From contig OX597815.1 in assembly GCA_951406725.2 (NCBI GenBank), positions 169,446,001 to 169,510,000 on the forward strand: DNA of 64,000 bases, in the 5' to 3' direction. Made by a program: the position numbers and the translations under genes. The stretch's first letter is position 1. Each line of letters opens with the position of its first letter. Below the pieces are notes generated by a model. The model worked only from the letters and a program-made list of their open reading frames with translations. It was not told the origin of the DNA and did no database searches. The DNA comes from Octopus vulgaris (Eukaryota). Shown here piece by piece: positions 25,801 to 38,539 of the stretch.

Positions 25801-26306
25801 AATCACTTGCATATATCTTGTGTGTGTGTGTGTGTGTATTATGAACTCTCCTGTCGTTAGATGATGTATGAGGGCTTGACAATTTCTTGCCAAACAACCG
25901 CACAGAGGATTTGTTCATAGTGATCAAATATTTGTATAGACATAAGCTCACTCCCTCCATCAGATCGACATTACCTGCACAGGTGCAACGGGTGCCACAT
26001 GTCAGATGTTGAAATGATTACAGAACAACACGAAACGAAGGGCTTTGTTCAAGAACAGAATGCAACACCCGGTCTGGGAATTGAACCCACGATCTCACAA
26101 TTGTGAGTGTAACACCTCAATCACTATATATGTATATATATATATATATGTACACACAAGAGTTTCGTACATTGACATTTATGAAGTTTGATAAGTGCCA
26201 ATGTACAAAACTCTTGGCCCTGAGTTGCTCTATAACTTCTATTGATAAATAATGAAACAAATATACATTCTCATGTTTTAAGTTCTGTTTTCCTGCTTGC
26301 ACATGA

Positions 26307-26352
<46 letters not shown>

Positions 26353-26673
26353 TAGAGGCATATACACAAACAACTACACACACACACGCACATGTACATA
26401 TATGTACTTTTAGAACATGATTTTAGAAGCTTTGACAAATATGAAAATATGTCTATGGGATAATATTTCTCAGATGTGAAAGCAGCTATAAATAATGTCA
26501 TAAAGCAATGGCTTAAAAAACAGAATCACTTTGTTGCAAATAAGTGGAACATGGCAGATACATGGTTCAAGTCCCACAATTGGCTTTCTGCCTCTTTTTC
26601 CATCCAAGGGATACTATGTGTATGTGTGTTTGTGTATATGTTACATATTATATACATACACATACATTGGTAT

Positions 26674-26721
<48 letters not shown>

Positions 26722-26803
26722 TGTCCATTGCCCATGCTGGCATATATATATATATATATATATATATGTTGGAAGGTTTGGAGGTAATGTACAGGTATTA
26801 TAT

Positions 26804-27060
26804 ATTAGAAGAAATAACGTACTCAGAAATCTGGATGGTTTTATATTTACAGATTTTTATTAATATGTCATATATTTTAATAAATCATATCTTAGCACTT
26901 GCATCTACTCTAGTAGAATCTCCAATAGACATTCAAATCTGGAGATTCTACTAGAGTAGGTGCAAGCGCTAAGATATGATTTATTAAAACATGTGACATA
27001 TTAATAAAAATCTGTAAATATAAAACCATCCAGATTTCTGAGTACCTTATTTCTTCTAAT
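26804..27060. repeat. Long inverted repeat: 121-bp arms, 15-nt loop
   Basis: 26804-26924 is the reverse complement of 26940-27060 with about 5 mismatches. Confidence 0.95.
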
Positions 27061-27180
27061 CATCATCATCATCATCATCATCATTTAGTGTCCATTTTCC
27101 ATGCTAGCATGGGTTGGACGGTTCAACTGGGGTCTGTGAAGCCGGAAGGCTGCATCAGGCCCAGTCAGATCTGGCAGTGT

Positions 27181-29184
27181 TTAGCCTAGATGAGATGTTG
27201 TTTGGTTTTGTGTCAGGCAGAAGCACCACTGATGCTATATTTCTGGTAAGGCAATTTCAGGAGAAATACCTAGCCAAAGATAAACCTCTGTACTTGGCTT
27301 TTGATGACTTGGAGAAAGCCTTTGACAGGGACTCCCCCCCCCCCCCGATCCCTTATCTAGTGGTCAATGTGGGAACTGGGGATAGATGAGTGGCTGATAA
27401 GAGCTGTACAACCCTGTACAGGGATGCTGTCAGTAAGGTGAGGGTTGGCAACGAGTATAGTGAAGAATTTCAAGTAGGAGTTCACCAAGGATCAATCCCC
27501 AGCCCCCTCTTATTCATTATAATCCTCCAGGCAATAACAGAGGAATTTATGACAGGCTGCCCTTGGGAGCTCCTCTATGGTGATGACCTTGCTCTAATAG
27601 CTGAGTCACTGCCAGAACTGGAGATGAAGTTTAGGGTGTGGAAGCAAGGTCTAGAATCAAAGGGCCTTAGGGTTAACTTAGCAAAAACCAAAGTCTTAGT
27701 AAGTAGGAAGGCTGTCAAATCACAACCCCCTTCAGGTGGATGGCTCTGCTCAATCTGTAGAAAAGGCATGCGTAGAAACTCCATAATATGTACCCAGTGA
27801 AAGCTATGGACACATAAAAGGTGCAGCAATATCAAAGGAAGGTTAACCGGGAAAATAGTTTTTGTATGTGGCAGATGCACTGAGGCAATAAACACTGAAG
27901 ATGTACAGAAAACAGATTCCTTCACATGCCAGGGGGAGAAACTAGAAGTAGTTAATAGATTCCACTACCTAGGTGACCAAGTGTGTAGTGGGGGTGGCTG
28001 CTCTGAGAGTGTAGTGACTAGAGTAAGAATATCCTGGGCAAAGTTAAGGGAGCTCCTACTTCTCCTGGCAACTAAGAACCTCTTGCTCAGGGTGAAAGGC
28101 AGACTGTATGATGCATGTGTGCGAACTGCCATGCTACATGGCAGTGAAACATAGGCCATGAATGCTGAGAACATACATAGGGTTGAAAGAAATGAAGCTA
28201 GTATGATCCGCTGGATGTGTAATATCAGTGTGCATATGACAGAGTGTAAGTGCCCTGAGAGAAAAGTTGGGCATAAGAAGCATCAAATGTGTTGTGCAAG
28301 AGAGGCATCTGTGCTGGTATGGTCATTTGTTACATATGAATGAAGACAGCTGTATGAGGAAATGTCATTCCCTAAGTGTAGAAGGAACCTGTGGAAGAGG
28401 TAGATTCAGGAGGACATGGGATGAGGTGGTGAAGCATGACATTCGAACATTGGGCCTCACAGAGGCAATGACAGGAGACTGGGACCTTTGGAGATATGCT
28501 GTGATTGAGAAGACCCGGCAACTAAAGTGAGATCGTATCCATGCATGTCCAGCCCTGTTAAGAATACCCTTGATGTGTCAGGTGATATGATATGCTTGAG
28601 AAGACCTGTTGAGTTAAGTAAAACCAATATTGTAGCTGTAGCCAGTGACCTCTGACTGGCTCCCATGTAGGTGGCACGTAAAAAACATCATCTGAATGTG
28701 GATGATGCCAGGTCCACTTGACTGGCTCCCATGCTGGTGGCATGTAAAAAGCACCAACTGAACGTGGCTGATGCCAGTACCCACAGACTAGCTCCCAAGC
28801 CGGTGGCATGTAAAAAGCACCTGCCAAACATGGTCGATGCCAGGTCCATCTGATTGGCTCCCATGCTGGTGGCATGTAAAAAGTACAGCCGAACGTGGCC
28901 AATGCCAGTACTCACTGACTGGTTCTTGTGCCGGTGGCACGTAAAAAGCACCATCTGAATGTGATTGATGTCAGGCCCGCCTGACTGGCTCCTGTGCTGG
29001 TGGCATGTAAAAAGCACCCACTACACTCTCAGAGTGGTTGGTATTAGGAAGGGCATTCAGCTGTAGAAACATTGCCAGATCAGATTGGAACCTTGTGTAG
29101 CTGCTGTCTCTCCAGACCACAGTCAAACTGTCCAACCCATGCCAGCATGGAAAACAGACGTTAAACGATGATGATGATGATAAT
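27181..29184 (+). mobile_element. 5'-truncated, frameshifted RTE (BovB-like) LINE: RT, C-terminus, repeat-containing 3' UTR, (GAT)n tail
   Basis: FGFVSGRSTTDAIF, AFDDLEKAFDR, GVHQGSIPSPLLF, LLYGDDL, WYGHLLHM, RGRFRRTW; internal stops and frameshifts. Confidence 0.93.
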
Positions 29185-30678
29185 GATATACATATAAGTG
29201 TATGTATGTATGCATGTATGTATGTATGTATGTATGTATGTATGTATATCTATCTATCTATCTATCTATATATATATATGTATATATATGTATATGTATA
29301 CATATATATATCATATACATATATATATTTTTGTGTATACAAGCACACACACACATATATGTATACATATTATATATACATATATATAAACATACATGTA
29401 TGTATATGTATATATAAGTATATATATCTGTATGTGTGTATGTATATATTTATGTGCATATATAAGTGTGTGTGTATATACATCTATACATGCGTATGTG
29501 TGTGTATATATATATACATACATACATGTATATATATTCATGTGTGAGTGTGTTTATGTGTATGAGTCTATGTGTGAGTGTCTATTAAAGAAAAACAATG
29601 GAAGTATCAAAGCAACATATTACTTTTATAGCTAGATACATTACTAAAATAACAATTATGAAAGCTTATAACATAATTTTCTTGAACACAGAATTAATAC
29701 TCTCTCTTTTGTTTTACATTAATTAGATGTAAATTTGGTATGAGGAATGAGATAGGGTGTATGGTTAAAAATAGACAAGCTTCATGGAAACAAAATGAAC
29801 AAACAAAGACCAAAGTGTTATTCTGTTAAGGTTATTCACATGAATTTTTATTATTTATCTAAGTTTTTCAGAAATAATTTTAAGGCAGAGAGCTGGTGGA
29901 ATCATTAGAACATCAGAAAAAGAGCTTTGTGATTATTTGTACTGGCTCTTTATTTCTATGTTCAAATCCTACTGAGAACAGCTTTGCCTTTCATCTGTCT
30001 AAGGTCAATAAAATGAAGTTCTGAGGCTGACGGTATAGACCTACCCCTTCTACTGAAAAATTGCTGGCCTTGTGCTTAAACCAGACACCATTATTATTAG
30101 GATGGTAAAGTCAGCAAGTTGGCAGAATTGTTTGCACACTGGACAAAATGCTTTTAAGGTTTATACACTCCTCAAAAAATAATTTCATTGATTAGATCTT
30201 TTGGATTTTAGTTGTATAGATAGATGCTCTTCATTACACTCCTTTATATTGGACTGCTAGCCAAGTCTGTAAGAGGAGCTTTCTGTGATAATCACAGGAT
30301 TCTCTGAATCCACACCTTATATTAATCATTTACACACACACACACACACATATGAAGGTATATGTGTCTGTCTTCCTTGAATTTTGCAATAAAATATAAT
30401 TTCATGATTATAACAAATGAAAAGCAAGCTCCGAAATTTCTCAATGAGGAATCTTTTTCAATTACAGTTATAAACATTTTATTAATATATTTTTAATACA
30501 TCTTAGTTTGGTATATTACATTTTTATAAAATATCAATTTGATTTAGTTTTTTTTTATTAATATTTTGATGTGTGGATCTCTTTGATGTTTCTTTAATAT
30601 ATTTTCTTGTCTTAATTGTTTTCCTTGTCTGTTCTCCAACATTGAAATTTGGTATGATATGGTGTTTTTGTTTCAGTA

Positions 30679-30787
<109 letters not shown>

Positions 30788-31789
30788 GCATACTAGCGTT
30801 CAAGCACATATACATACACACTTGCACATAAACATGCAGAAAGACACACACAAGTATGTACACAATAACAAACATACATACACACACAAATATGCACACA
30901 TACTCATACACACGGCATACATGCAACACATGCACAAACACAAAGCATACATACAAACATGTGCACCTATAACACATGCACACAAACATGCATACACACA
31001 TACAGTCACATCCATTGACATGTACATACAAACACACATGCAAACATGCACACACAACTCATACACAAACACACATACATATTTATACAATCATACACAT
31101 TGCCACATACCTACAAGAATACGCATACAAACATAGATACATATATCACACACACATATACAAACAGATATATACACAACGCATACACATGATATACATC
31201 TGCTTATTTCTACTTTCCAATTACTATGACAAGAAGAAGAATGCACAACAACAAAAAGAACAAAAATGAAAGTGAAACTTGATGTACAAGAAGTGGATAT
31301 CAAACTTGATCAAGAACAGCATTTAAAAGATACACACATATTTTATGACATTGTAAATAAAAATATGACAACAGTAATTGCTGGAAAAATATAAGAAAAA
31401 TATAAGTAAAAAGAAGAAAAATTGATTTTTCTTCTTTTTACCAAACTATTTCCAAGTCATTGAAAATTAGAAGAAAGAGAAAAGTTTAGCTTTTTGGAGG
31501 GTTGTCAAGATTTAGCTGCTCTAGACATGAATGTGAGATCAACTTTGATGGATTTGCTAAGTAATGTGAAATAGAAATGAAAAGTGAAAGATTTGAAATA
31601 TATAAAGGTAAAAAAAAAAAATTGTGTATATTAGAAGTAACAATGATTGAGATTAAATATGAAAACAAGGAGAGAAATGGAATGAGTAGGAAAAGCGAAG
31701 TTAAGAAGGACGAGAGTAAAACATCATGAAGTCAATCTCTTTCAGAAGTATAGAAAAAAACTAGTGGGTGCAGCTAAAATACACAGGAT

Positions 31790-32520
31790 TGAAAAAGAAG
31801 AGGAGGAGAAAGAGAAACAGAAGGAGAGGAGAAGGAGAAACAGAAGGAGAGGAGAAGGAAGAAAGGTAGAAGAAGAAGAAGAAGAAGAAGAAGACGAAGA
31901 AGAGAAACAGAAGGAGAGGAGAAGGAAGAAAGGTAGAAGATAAAGAAGAAGAAGAAGAAGAAGAAGAAGAAGAAGAAGAGAAACAGGAGAGGAGAAGGAA
32001 GAAAGGTAGAAGAAGAAGAAGAGGGAGAAGAAGAAGGAGAAGAAGAAGAAGAAGAAGAAGAAGAAGAGGAGAAGGAAGAAAGGTAGAAGAAGAAGAAGAA
32101 GAAGAAGAAGAAGAAGAGAAACAGAAGGAGAGGAGAAGGAAGAAAGGTAGAAGAAGAAGAAGAAGAAGAAGAAGAAGAAAGAAGAAGGAGAAGAAGAAGA
32201 AGGAGAGAAACAGAAGAGGAGAAGGAAGAAAGGTAGAAGAAGAAGAAGCAGAAGAAGGAGGAGAAGAAGAAGAAGAAGAAGAAGAGAAACAGAAGGAGAG
32301 GAGAAAGAAGAAAGGTAGAAGATGAAGAAGAAGAAGAAGAGGAGAAGGAAGAAAGGTAGAAGAAGAAGAAGAAGACAAAGAGGAGGAAGAAGGAGAAGAA
32401 GAAGAAGAAGAAGAGAAACAGAAGGAGAGGAGAAAGAAGAAAGGTAGAAGAAGAAGAAGAAGAAGAAGAGGAGGAAGAAGGAGAAGAAGAAGGAGAAGAA
32501 GAAGGAGAAGAAGAAGAAAG
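31790..32520. repeat. Polypurine minisatellite: GAGAAACAGAAGGAGAGGAGAAGGAAGAAAGGTA + (GAA)n units
   Basis: About 730 bp, nearly pure A/G on the + strand, with repeated AAGGTA-anchored units. Confidence 0.95.
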
Positions 32521-32541
32521 TAGTTTTAAATCAAAACTTAC

Positions 32542-32640
32542 TTTTAACATCAAGGCCACCTTTGAAACGATCCCAGTCTTTCAATTTGACTCTATCACCA
32601 AGAAGATCAATAAATTTTTGAAAATCACTATTGCCTTCCT
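32542..32640 (-). CDS. GARNL3: GARNL3 exon (EGNSDFQKFIDLLGDRVKLKDWDRFKGGLDVK-T)
   Basis: CTTTTTAG|AGGAAGGC...GTTAAAA|GTAAGT, 99 nt, phase 1->1. Carries the LLG..V.L..W..F.GGLD RapGAP motif. Confidence 0.96.
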
Positions 32641-32964
32641 CTAAAAAGAAGAAACAGAAAGACAATAAATAAATAGATATGTAAATAAATAATTAGAATA
32701 GTTAGGGACAATTTTTTTGTCTAAAATAAAGTATTTTAGACTTAGAAAATAGTAAGCAAAATATTTAATTGCAAGTAAAAAATAAACCAGTAAGTAAATT
32801 GTCAGTAAAACTAAATAAATGAAAATATCCTCTAGAACAGAGATCCCCAAACATGGGCCATGGACTAATATGGGATCATTTGGTACTGGGCCACATAATA
32901 AATTTTAAAATTTCACTTCTATTTAATTGACATTTGCAGTCTGCAGAGTGTTTTTTGCATGATG

Positions 32965-33362
32965 CATGTGTGCTAGGTATTTCTCCTGCAGTTGTTGAAT
33001 TAGGAATATGGCATCAGTGGTGCTTCTACCCGGCACAAAACCGAACTGCATCTCATTTAAGCAGACTCTCTCCCTGATGAGATGGGCTATGACCCTCTCC
33101 GTGACCTTCATCATCTGATCCAGCAGTTTGATACCCCTGTAGTTATTTCTATCTAGAGCATCACATTTACTCTTGTAGCAGTTGACTATGGTGCTGCTGC
33201 GCCAGTCATTGGGTATGACTCCATCATGAACTACCTGGTTTACAATGCGGGTGACTAGGCCATAGCCCACACCACTGGATGTTTTAAGCATCTCAGCGGT
33301 GATTCCTGATGGCTCAGGGGCTTTTCCTGTCTTCATACCCTTAATTGCTTTATCTACCAGGG
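32965..33362 (-). mobile_element. RTE LINE reverse transcriptase N-terminal fragment
   Basis: MKTGKAPEPSGITAEMLK...IPNDW...NNYRGIKLLD...QFGFVPGRSTTDAIF. Confidence 0.92.
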
Positions 33363-35021
33363 AGCATGTATTTATATATATTATTTCAATGATATAAGAA
33401 TTTATTAACTGATCCTTTTGTATTTTCTTTTACCCAAAGCCAGGAACTTCTCGGCATCCCCTTGTAGTTTGTTCTGATAGAACATTCACTTTCAAGTGGG
33501 GATAAATATTGCCTCCCAATAATTTCAAGCTATTGTTTATAGCTTTATCTGCTTTTTCTATGAGTCTCACTGTTCCAAACAATGCCAAAAAAGAATTATA
33601 TAGTATTTAAATTTTTGGTATATACTGTACTAGACCTCTTATCTGGGAATATTGCGCAATACTATGCAATATACTGTACCCAGTATTGAATAAACAGATC
33701 TTGTTTTTGAATTTGGTTTATTTGCATATGGCATATTAAAAATAACTTTGCATATGGCATATTAAAAACAGCTTTGTTCTTTACTTTCTAACTGGATTGA
33801 TAAAGATTAAATATACTCTGCTTCAGAATTGTGTTAATTTGTACTTGCATTTTAAAAATAAAATCATGTTATTTACTTTTCTTTATTTAATTTTCATCCT
33901 ATAAACTGTATACTTGATAGAATATGACATATCTAAAAAATTTTAAGTGGATTAATAAATATCAAACAGAACCTGCTTTAGAACTGTGTTAATTTGGATC
34001 TGTTGAATGCAATTTACTTCACTTTTCATCATTTATTTTATATTTTAAGTATATATTTAGGCTGTCTCCTGAAAACCAGAAAATTCAGAAATCCGGACCT
34101 CATCCAGTGCTGTATATATGATCCAGTACTGTATAGGAAACATTGTCTAATGTGTCCTTTCCTTATATAAGACTGTAGAGTGTGATTTAACTCTTGAGCA
34201 TTTAAACCGGCCATATCTAGTCAAAATATTCTGTTATATGTACAAACTGGTCAGATCCAGCCTCTCACATCCGCCCTACAATGTTAGTCTAAAAAGTATT
34301 TGGCACATAATCAAAATCTCAAGGCTACAAGATAATACAGGATAAATTCCAAATAATGTACATAAATAAGTGTTATATTTGATAGAATAATTTGAATGTT
34401 TAAGGGTTAAGGGAAATTTGGCTGCTATTTCTAGCAAGTCAAGTAGCTGTCTAGAGGCCTTCTCTCACTGACTCGAAATAAACTTGTTGTTTAGCAACCA
34501 ATCAGCCCTGACGGAACAAACCTATGATGAAAGGTGTTTCAATCATGATCCTCTTGCCTTTTTGTAAGCTACAAACCATTGTTCACTGATATACTTTAAG
34601 ATGTTAAGGTGTGATTTAAGAGAGAGGTATGGCTGCTATTTCTAGCAAACCGATGACCATGTAGAAGCTCCCATGTTGAACACTGAGCTTAGTTTACATA
34701 TAGAGACATTACTTTTCATGGAGGAAAAATATTATTATGCTGTGATTTATAAAATAGGCCAAATGATAACTCTCTTCATTGGCAGAAACAACTCACTCTT
34801 TCCTTCTTTAACATCTCTTATTTCATTCCTTCAGAGAGCTTTTTGATGGGAGTGATAGTGTGAGGTACGAATTATTAGGGAGTGGTTTGATATCTAGTGG
34901 GAGAGAAGAAGAACTAGCGGTGTTTCATTTGCAATATACACACATACACACACACACATATGCACACACACATATGCACACACACATATGCACACACACA
35001 TATGCACACACACATGCATAT

Positions 35022-35078
<57 letters not shown>

Positions 35079-35309
35079 ACATTTACATTCTATTCTGTTT
35101 TTTTTTATTTGTTTCAGTCATTTGACTGCAGCCTTGCTGGAGCACCACATTAAAGGGTTTTTAGTTGAAAAAATTGACTCCAGGACTTATTCTATCTAAG
35201 CCTAGAACTTATTCTATCAGTCTATTTTGCTAAGCTGCTAAGTGACAGGGACGTAAACACACCAACACTGGTTGTCAAGTGGTGGTGGGGAGACAAACAC
35301 AGTTACCTG

Positions 35310-35948
35310 CGGAGGCCAATCTGGGTCTTCAGTACAGGACCTCTTCCCTCTGGCCCTCTAGCTTCTTCACAAAGCTCTGTAGAGCCCCTCCCTTATGAAA
35401 GAAGATCACAAATTCACCCTTCATCACAAACTTGGAAGACACATGTCTCATACCCAAATCTTCAGTGATAATGGCTGAACTGAACTGTAACTAATCTACA
35501 CATCCTCTGATAACCCAAGGATGGTGATTCGATGATTTCCCCTCAGCTGTGTGCACATTTGTGATGTTATTCTTAGTTCTGCTGGTTGCAGGTCTCCTAG
35601 AATATTCATCAATATCGACATTTTTTTGCCCATCTTGGAAACGTCTGAACCATTCGTACATTTATGTGTGGCTTATACACTCCTCTCTATACACTTTATG
35701 CAGCTTTGTGTAGGCCTCGAGCAGATATTGCCGTAACAACTTTCTCTGTCATTGTCAATGCAACAATCACATGCTACACACCTTCCTTCCTATCACTGCT
35801 GAAAATAGTGGAAGTGAACTAGAACATTAAAACTAAGTGCACAGGCACAGCAGAGTTCAAGTTCAATCTATGCCAAGCAGCTTCACTCTGCGTGCTTTAG
35901 CTTTGTTACTATGGCAACAGTCCGGATACTTATTGATCAGACCTTGTA
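35310..35948 (-). mobile_element. mariner relic (N-terminal HTH region and one end)
   Basis: Minus frame ...KLHKVYREECIS...YEWFRRFQDG..NVD.DEYSRRPATS; TIR-like end ...GATACTTATTGATCAGACCTTG-TA. Confidence 0.7.
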
Positions 35949-36384
35949 CATACACATGCACATGCATAGCTACACACACAAACCCTAACAGTGAGCAGGT
36001 GTAGTTTGATTTTCTGTGCACTGATTATTGCTCTCTGTGTGTGTTTGTTTGTTTAATAGATTACATCAGAATAACAGGAAAGGAAAATATGACTGTCAGC
36101 ATGTAGATATCTATGTGAAAAAAATGCTTGCTTCTTATTGATAGGCAAACAGAGAATTCCTCAGAAATTTATCTATCTATCTGTATGTCTGTCTGTCTGT
36201 TTGTCTATGTACCTAGCTACCCATCTCCCTACTTCATTTCCTTCCTATCTATCTAGCTGTCTCTGTCTGTCTGTCTACTTGTCTGTCTGTCTGTGTACTT
36301 GTCTGTCTGTGTACTTGTCTGTCTGTGTACTTGTCTGTCTGTGTACTTGTCTGTCTGTGTACTTGTCTGTCTGACAGTCTGTCC

Positions 36385-36468
<84 letters not shown>

Positions 36469-36624
36469 GTTTGTCTGTCTGTCTGTCTGTCTACATTTAT
36501 ATTCTTCTGTAATGCTACCTAATGTAAAACGTAAAATTGTTTTTGTTATAACAGAGACAAACATTTATACATACATACATATAAATCTATAGTGTGTGTG
36601 TGTGTGTGTGTGTGTGTATAAGTA

Positions 36625-36670
<46 letters not shown>

Positions 36671-36673
<3 letters not shown>

Positions 36674-37504
36674 GGTGCGGTGAATAAATTGTCTAAATTA
36701 CGCAAAATTGAAAATAACACTGACACCTCATTTTAACAGATATATTTACCAAAATTACATTAAAATATCTGGAAATACTAAAGAGTAAATTTATTCAATA
36801 AAAATTGCCATTGGCTTCAACCATGGCCTCCAGACCACTTTGGAATCTCCTTGTTTAAGTTGGTGAATGCTGCCATAATCCTTGCCTTCACTTCATTTTT
36901 GGTGTTACAAGGAGTTTTGTTGGTATCTTACTCAACTGCGCCCCACACATAATAATCAAGTCGGTTGCAGTCTGTGGAGTTAGGTGGCCAGATGTTAGGG
37001 GTAGTGTGGTTGCAGAAATTGTCTGACAGCCATGACTGGGTTCTCCTGCTTGTGTGGCATGGTGCAGAGTCCTATTACCAGACATAGGGTGCTCCAACAG
37101 CCATCCTCTTGACTCAGGGCAGCACTACCTCCTCCAGGCACTTGATGTAGGCCTCTGAGTCGAGTTTGAGGCCGTGTGGGAAGATGAATGGAGGCATAAC
37201 GTCACCATCACTAGTGATCACTCTAAACACCATGATGTTGACTGGATGTTTGATTTTTATCACTCTTGGTACATGTCCTCAGATTGACACCCAAACACTA
37301 TGAAATATTTGTATCAGAGCTTCTGGTGTGAATGCCAAGCAGTACAGCATGTTTTCAAAATTTTTGGCAGAGTAAATTGCATCATCTTACAGATGGTACC
37401 CAACTGACCCTACCATACTGTGTAGTCGACAAAATCAAAAAGAAACAATGCACATGTGTGAAATCAAAAATATAAAATGGCAACAATTTATCCAATGCAC
37501 CCTG
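36671..37504 (-). mobile_element. Internally deleted Tc1/mariner (maT/DD37D-like) element in (TA)n
   Basis: Imperfect TIRs CATGGTGCGGTGAATAAATTGT / ACAATTTATCCAATGCACCCTG; DSAPCHT...WLSDNF...WPPNS....LDYYVWGAVE. Confidence 0.8.
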
Positions 37505-37536
<32 letters not shown>

Positions 37537-38227
37537 AAAGCACCATCTAAACGTGGCTGATGCCAGCGCCACCTTGGATGGCTTCCATGCCAGTGGCACA
37601 TAAAAAGCACCAACCATTGCCAGTCTCGTCTGGCCCTTGTGCTGGTGGCACATAAAAAGCACCCACTACACTCACGGAGTGGTTGGCATTAGGAAGGGCA
37701 TCCAGCTGTAGAAACACTGTCAGATCAGACTGGAGCCTGGTGCAGCCTCCTGGCTTCCCAGACCCCAGTCGAACTGTCCAACCCATGCTAGCATGGTAAA
37801 CAGACGTTGAACGACGATGATGATGATGATATGTGTATGTATATATATATATAGGATCAGAATCGAAATCGATCAATGGAAATTGCAGATGTGTTACCAG
37901 TGCCGGTGGCATGTAAGAGAACTTTCCGTTTCGCGACCGTTGCCAGCCTTGCCTGGCCCTCGTGCCGGTGGCACATAAAAAGCACCATCCGTTCGTGGCC
38001 GTTTGCCAGCTCTGTCTGGCACCAGTGCGGGTGGCACGTAAAAAGCACCCACTACACTCACGGAGTGGTTGGCGTTAGGAAGGGCATCCAGCCGTAGAAA
38101 CACTGCCAGATTTGACTGGGCCTGATGAAGCCTTCTGGCTTCACAGACCCCAGTAGAACCGTCCAACCCATGCTAGCATGGAAAACGGATGCTAAACGAT
38201 GATGATGATGATGATGATAGGGTATAC

Positions 38228-38305
<78 letters not shown>

Positions 38306-38463
38306 TGTGTGTATAATATGGAGTGCATAGGAAAACAGCCACAAGTTCTGACTGCAATGATACAGGCCAAATAACTAATCACTATATTTCTCATCATCAT
38401 CATAATCATTAACAATAACAACAACAACAACAACAACTGCAAAAGAGAATAAATGTAACTTAC

Positions 38464-38539
38464 CATTACAGTACATGTCATCATCTGATGTTTGCCCATC
38501 TTTTGCAAAAAGCACTCCGAATTTGAAATTGACAGAACC
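38464..38539 (-). CDS. GARNL3: GARNL3 exon, start of Rap-GAP domain (GSVNFKFGVLFAKDGQTSDDDMYCN-E)
   Basis: TTCTTTAG|GGTTCT...TGTAATG|GTAAGT, 76 nt. Carries the FKFGVL RapGAP motif. Confidence 0.96.

Noticed and set aside
28640-29025. CRISPR array
   Set aside because: Spacers are homologous to each other, the array lies in a LINE 3' UTR, the context is eukaryotic and there are no cas genes.
31761-32559. 205- and 261-aa Ser/Phe/Leu ORFs
   Set aside because: Read-through of the TTC-rich minisatellite.
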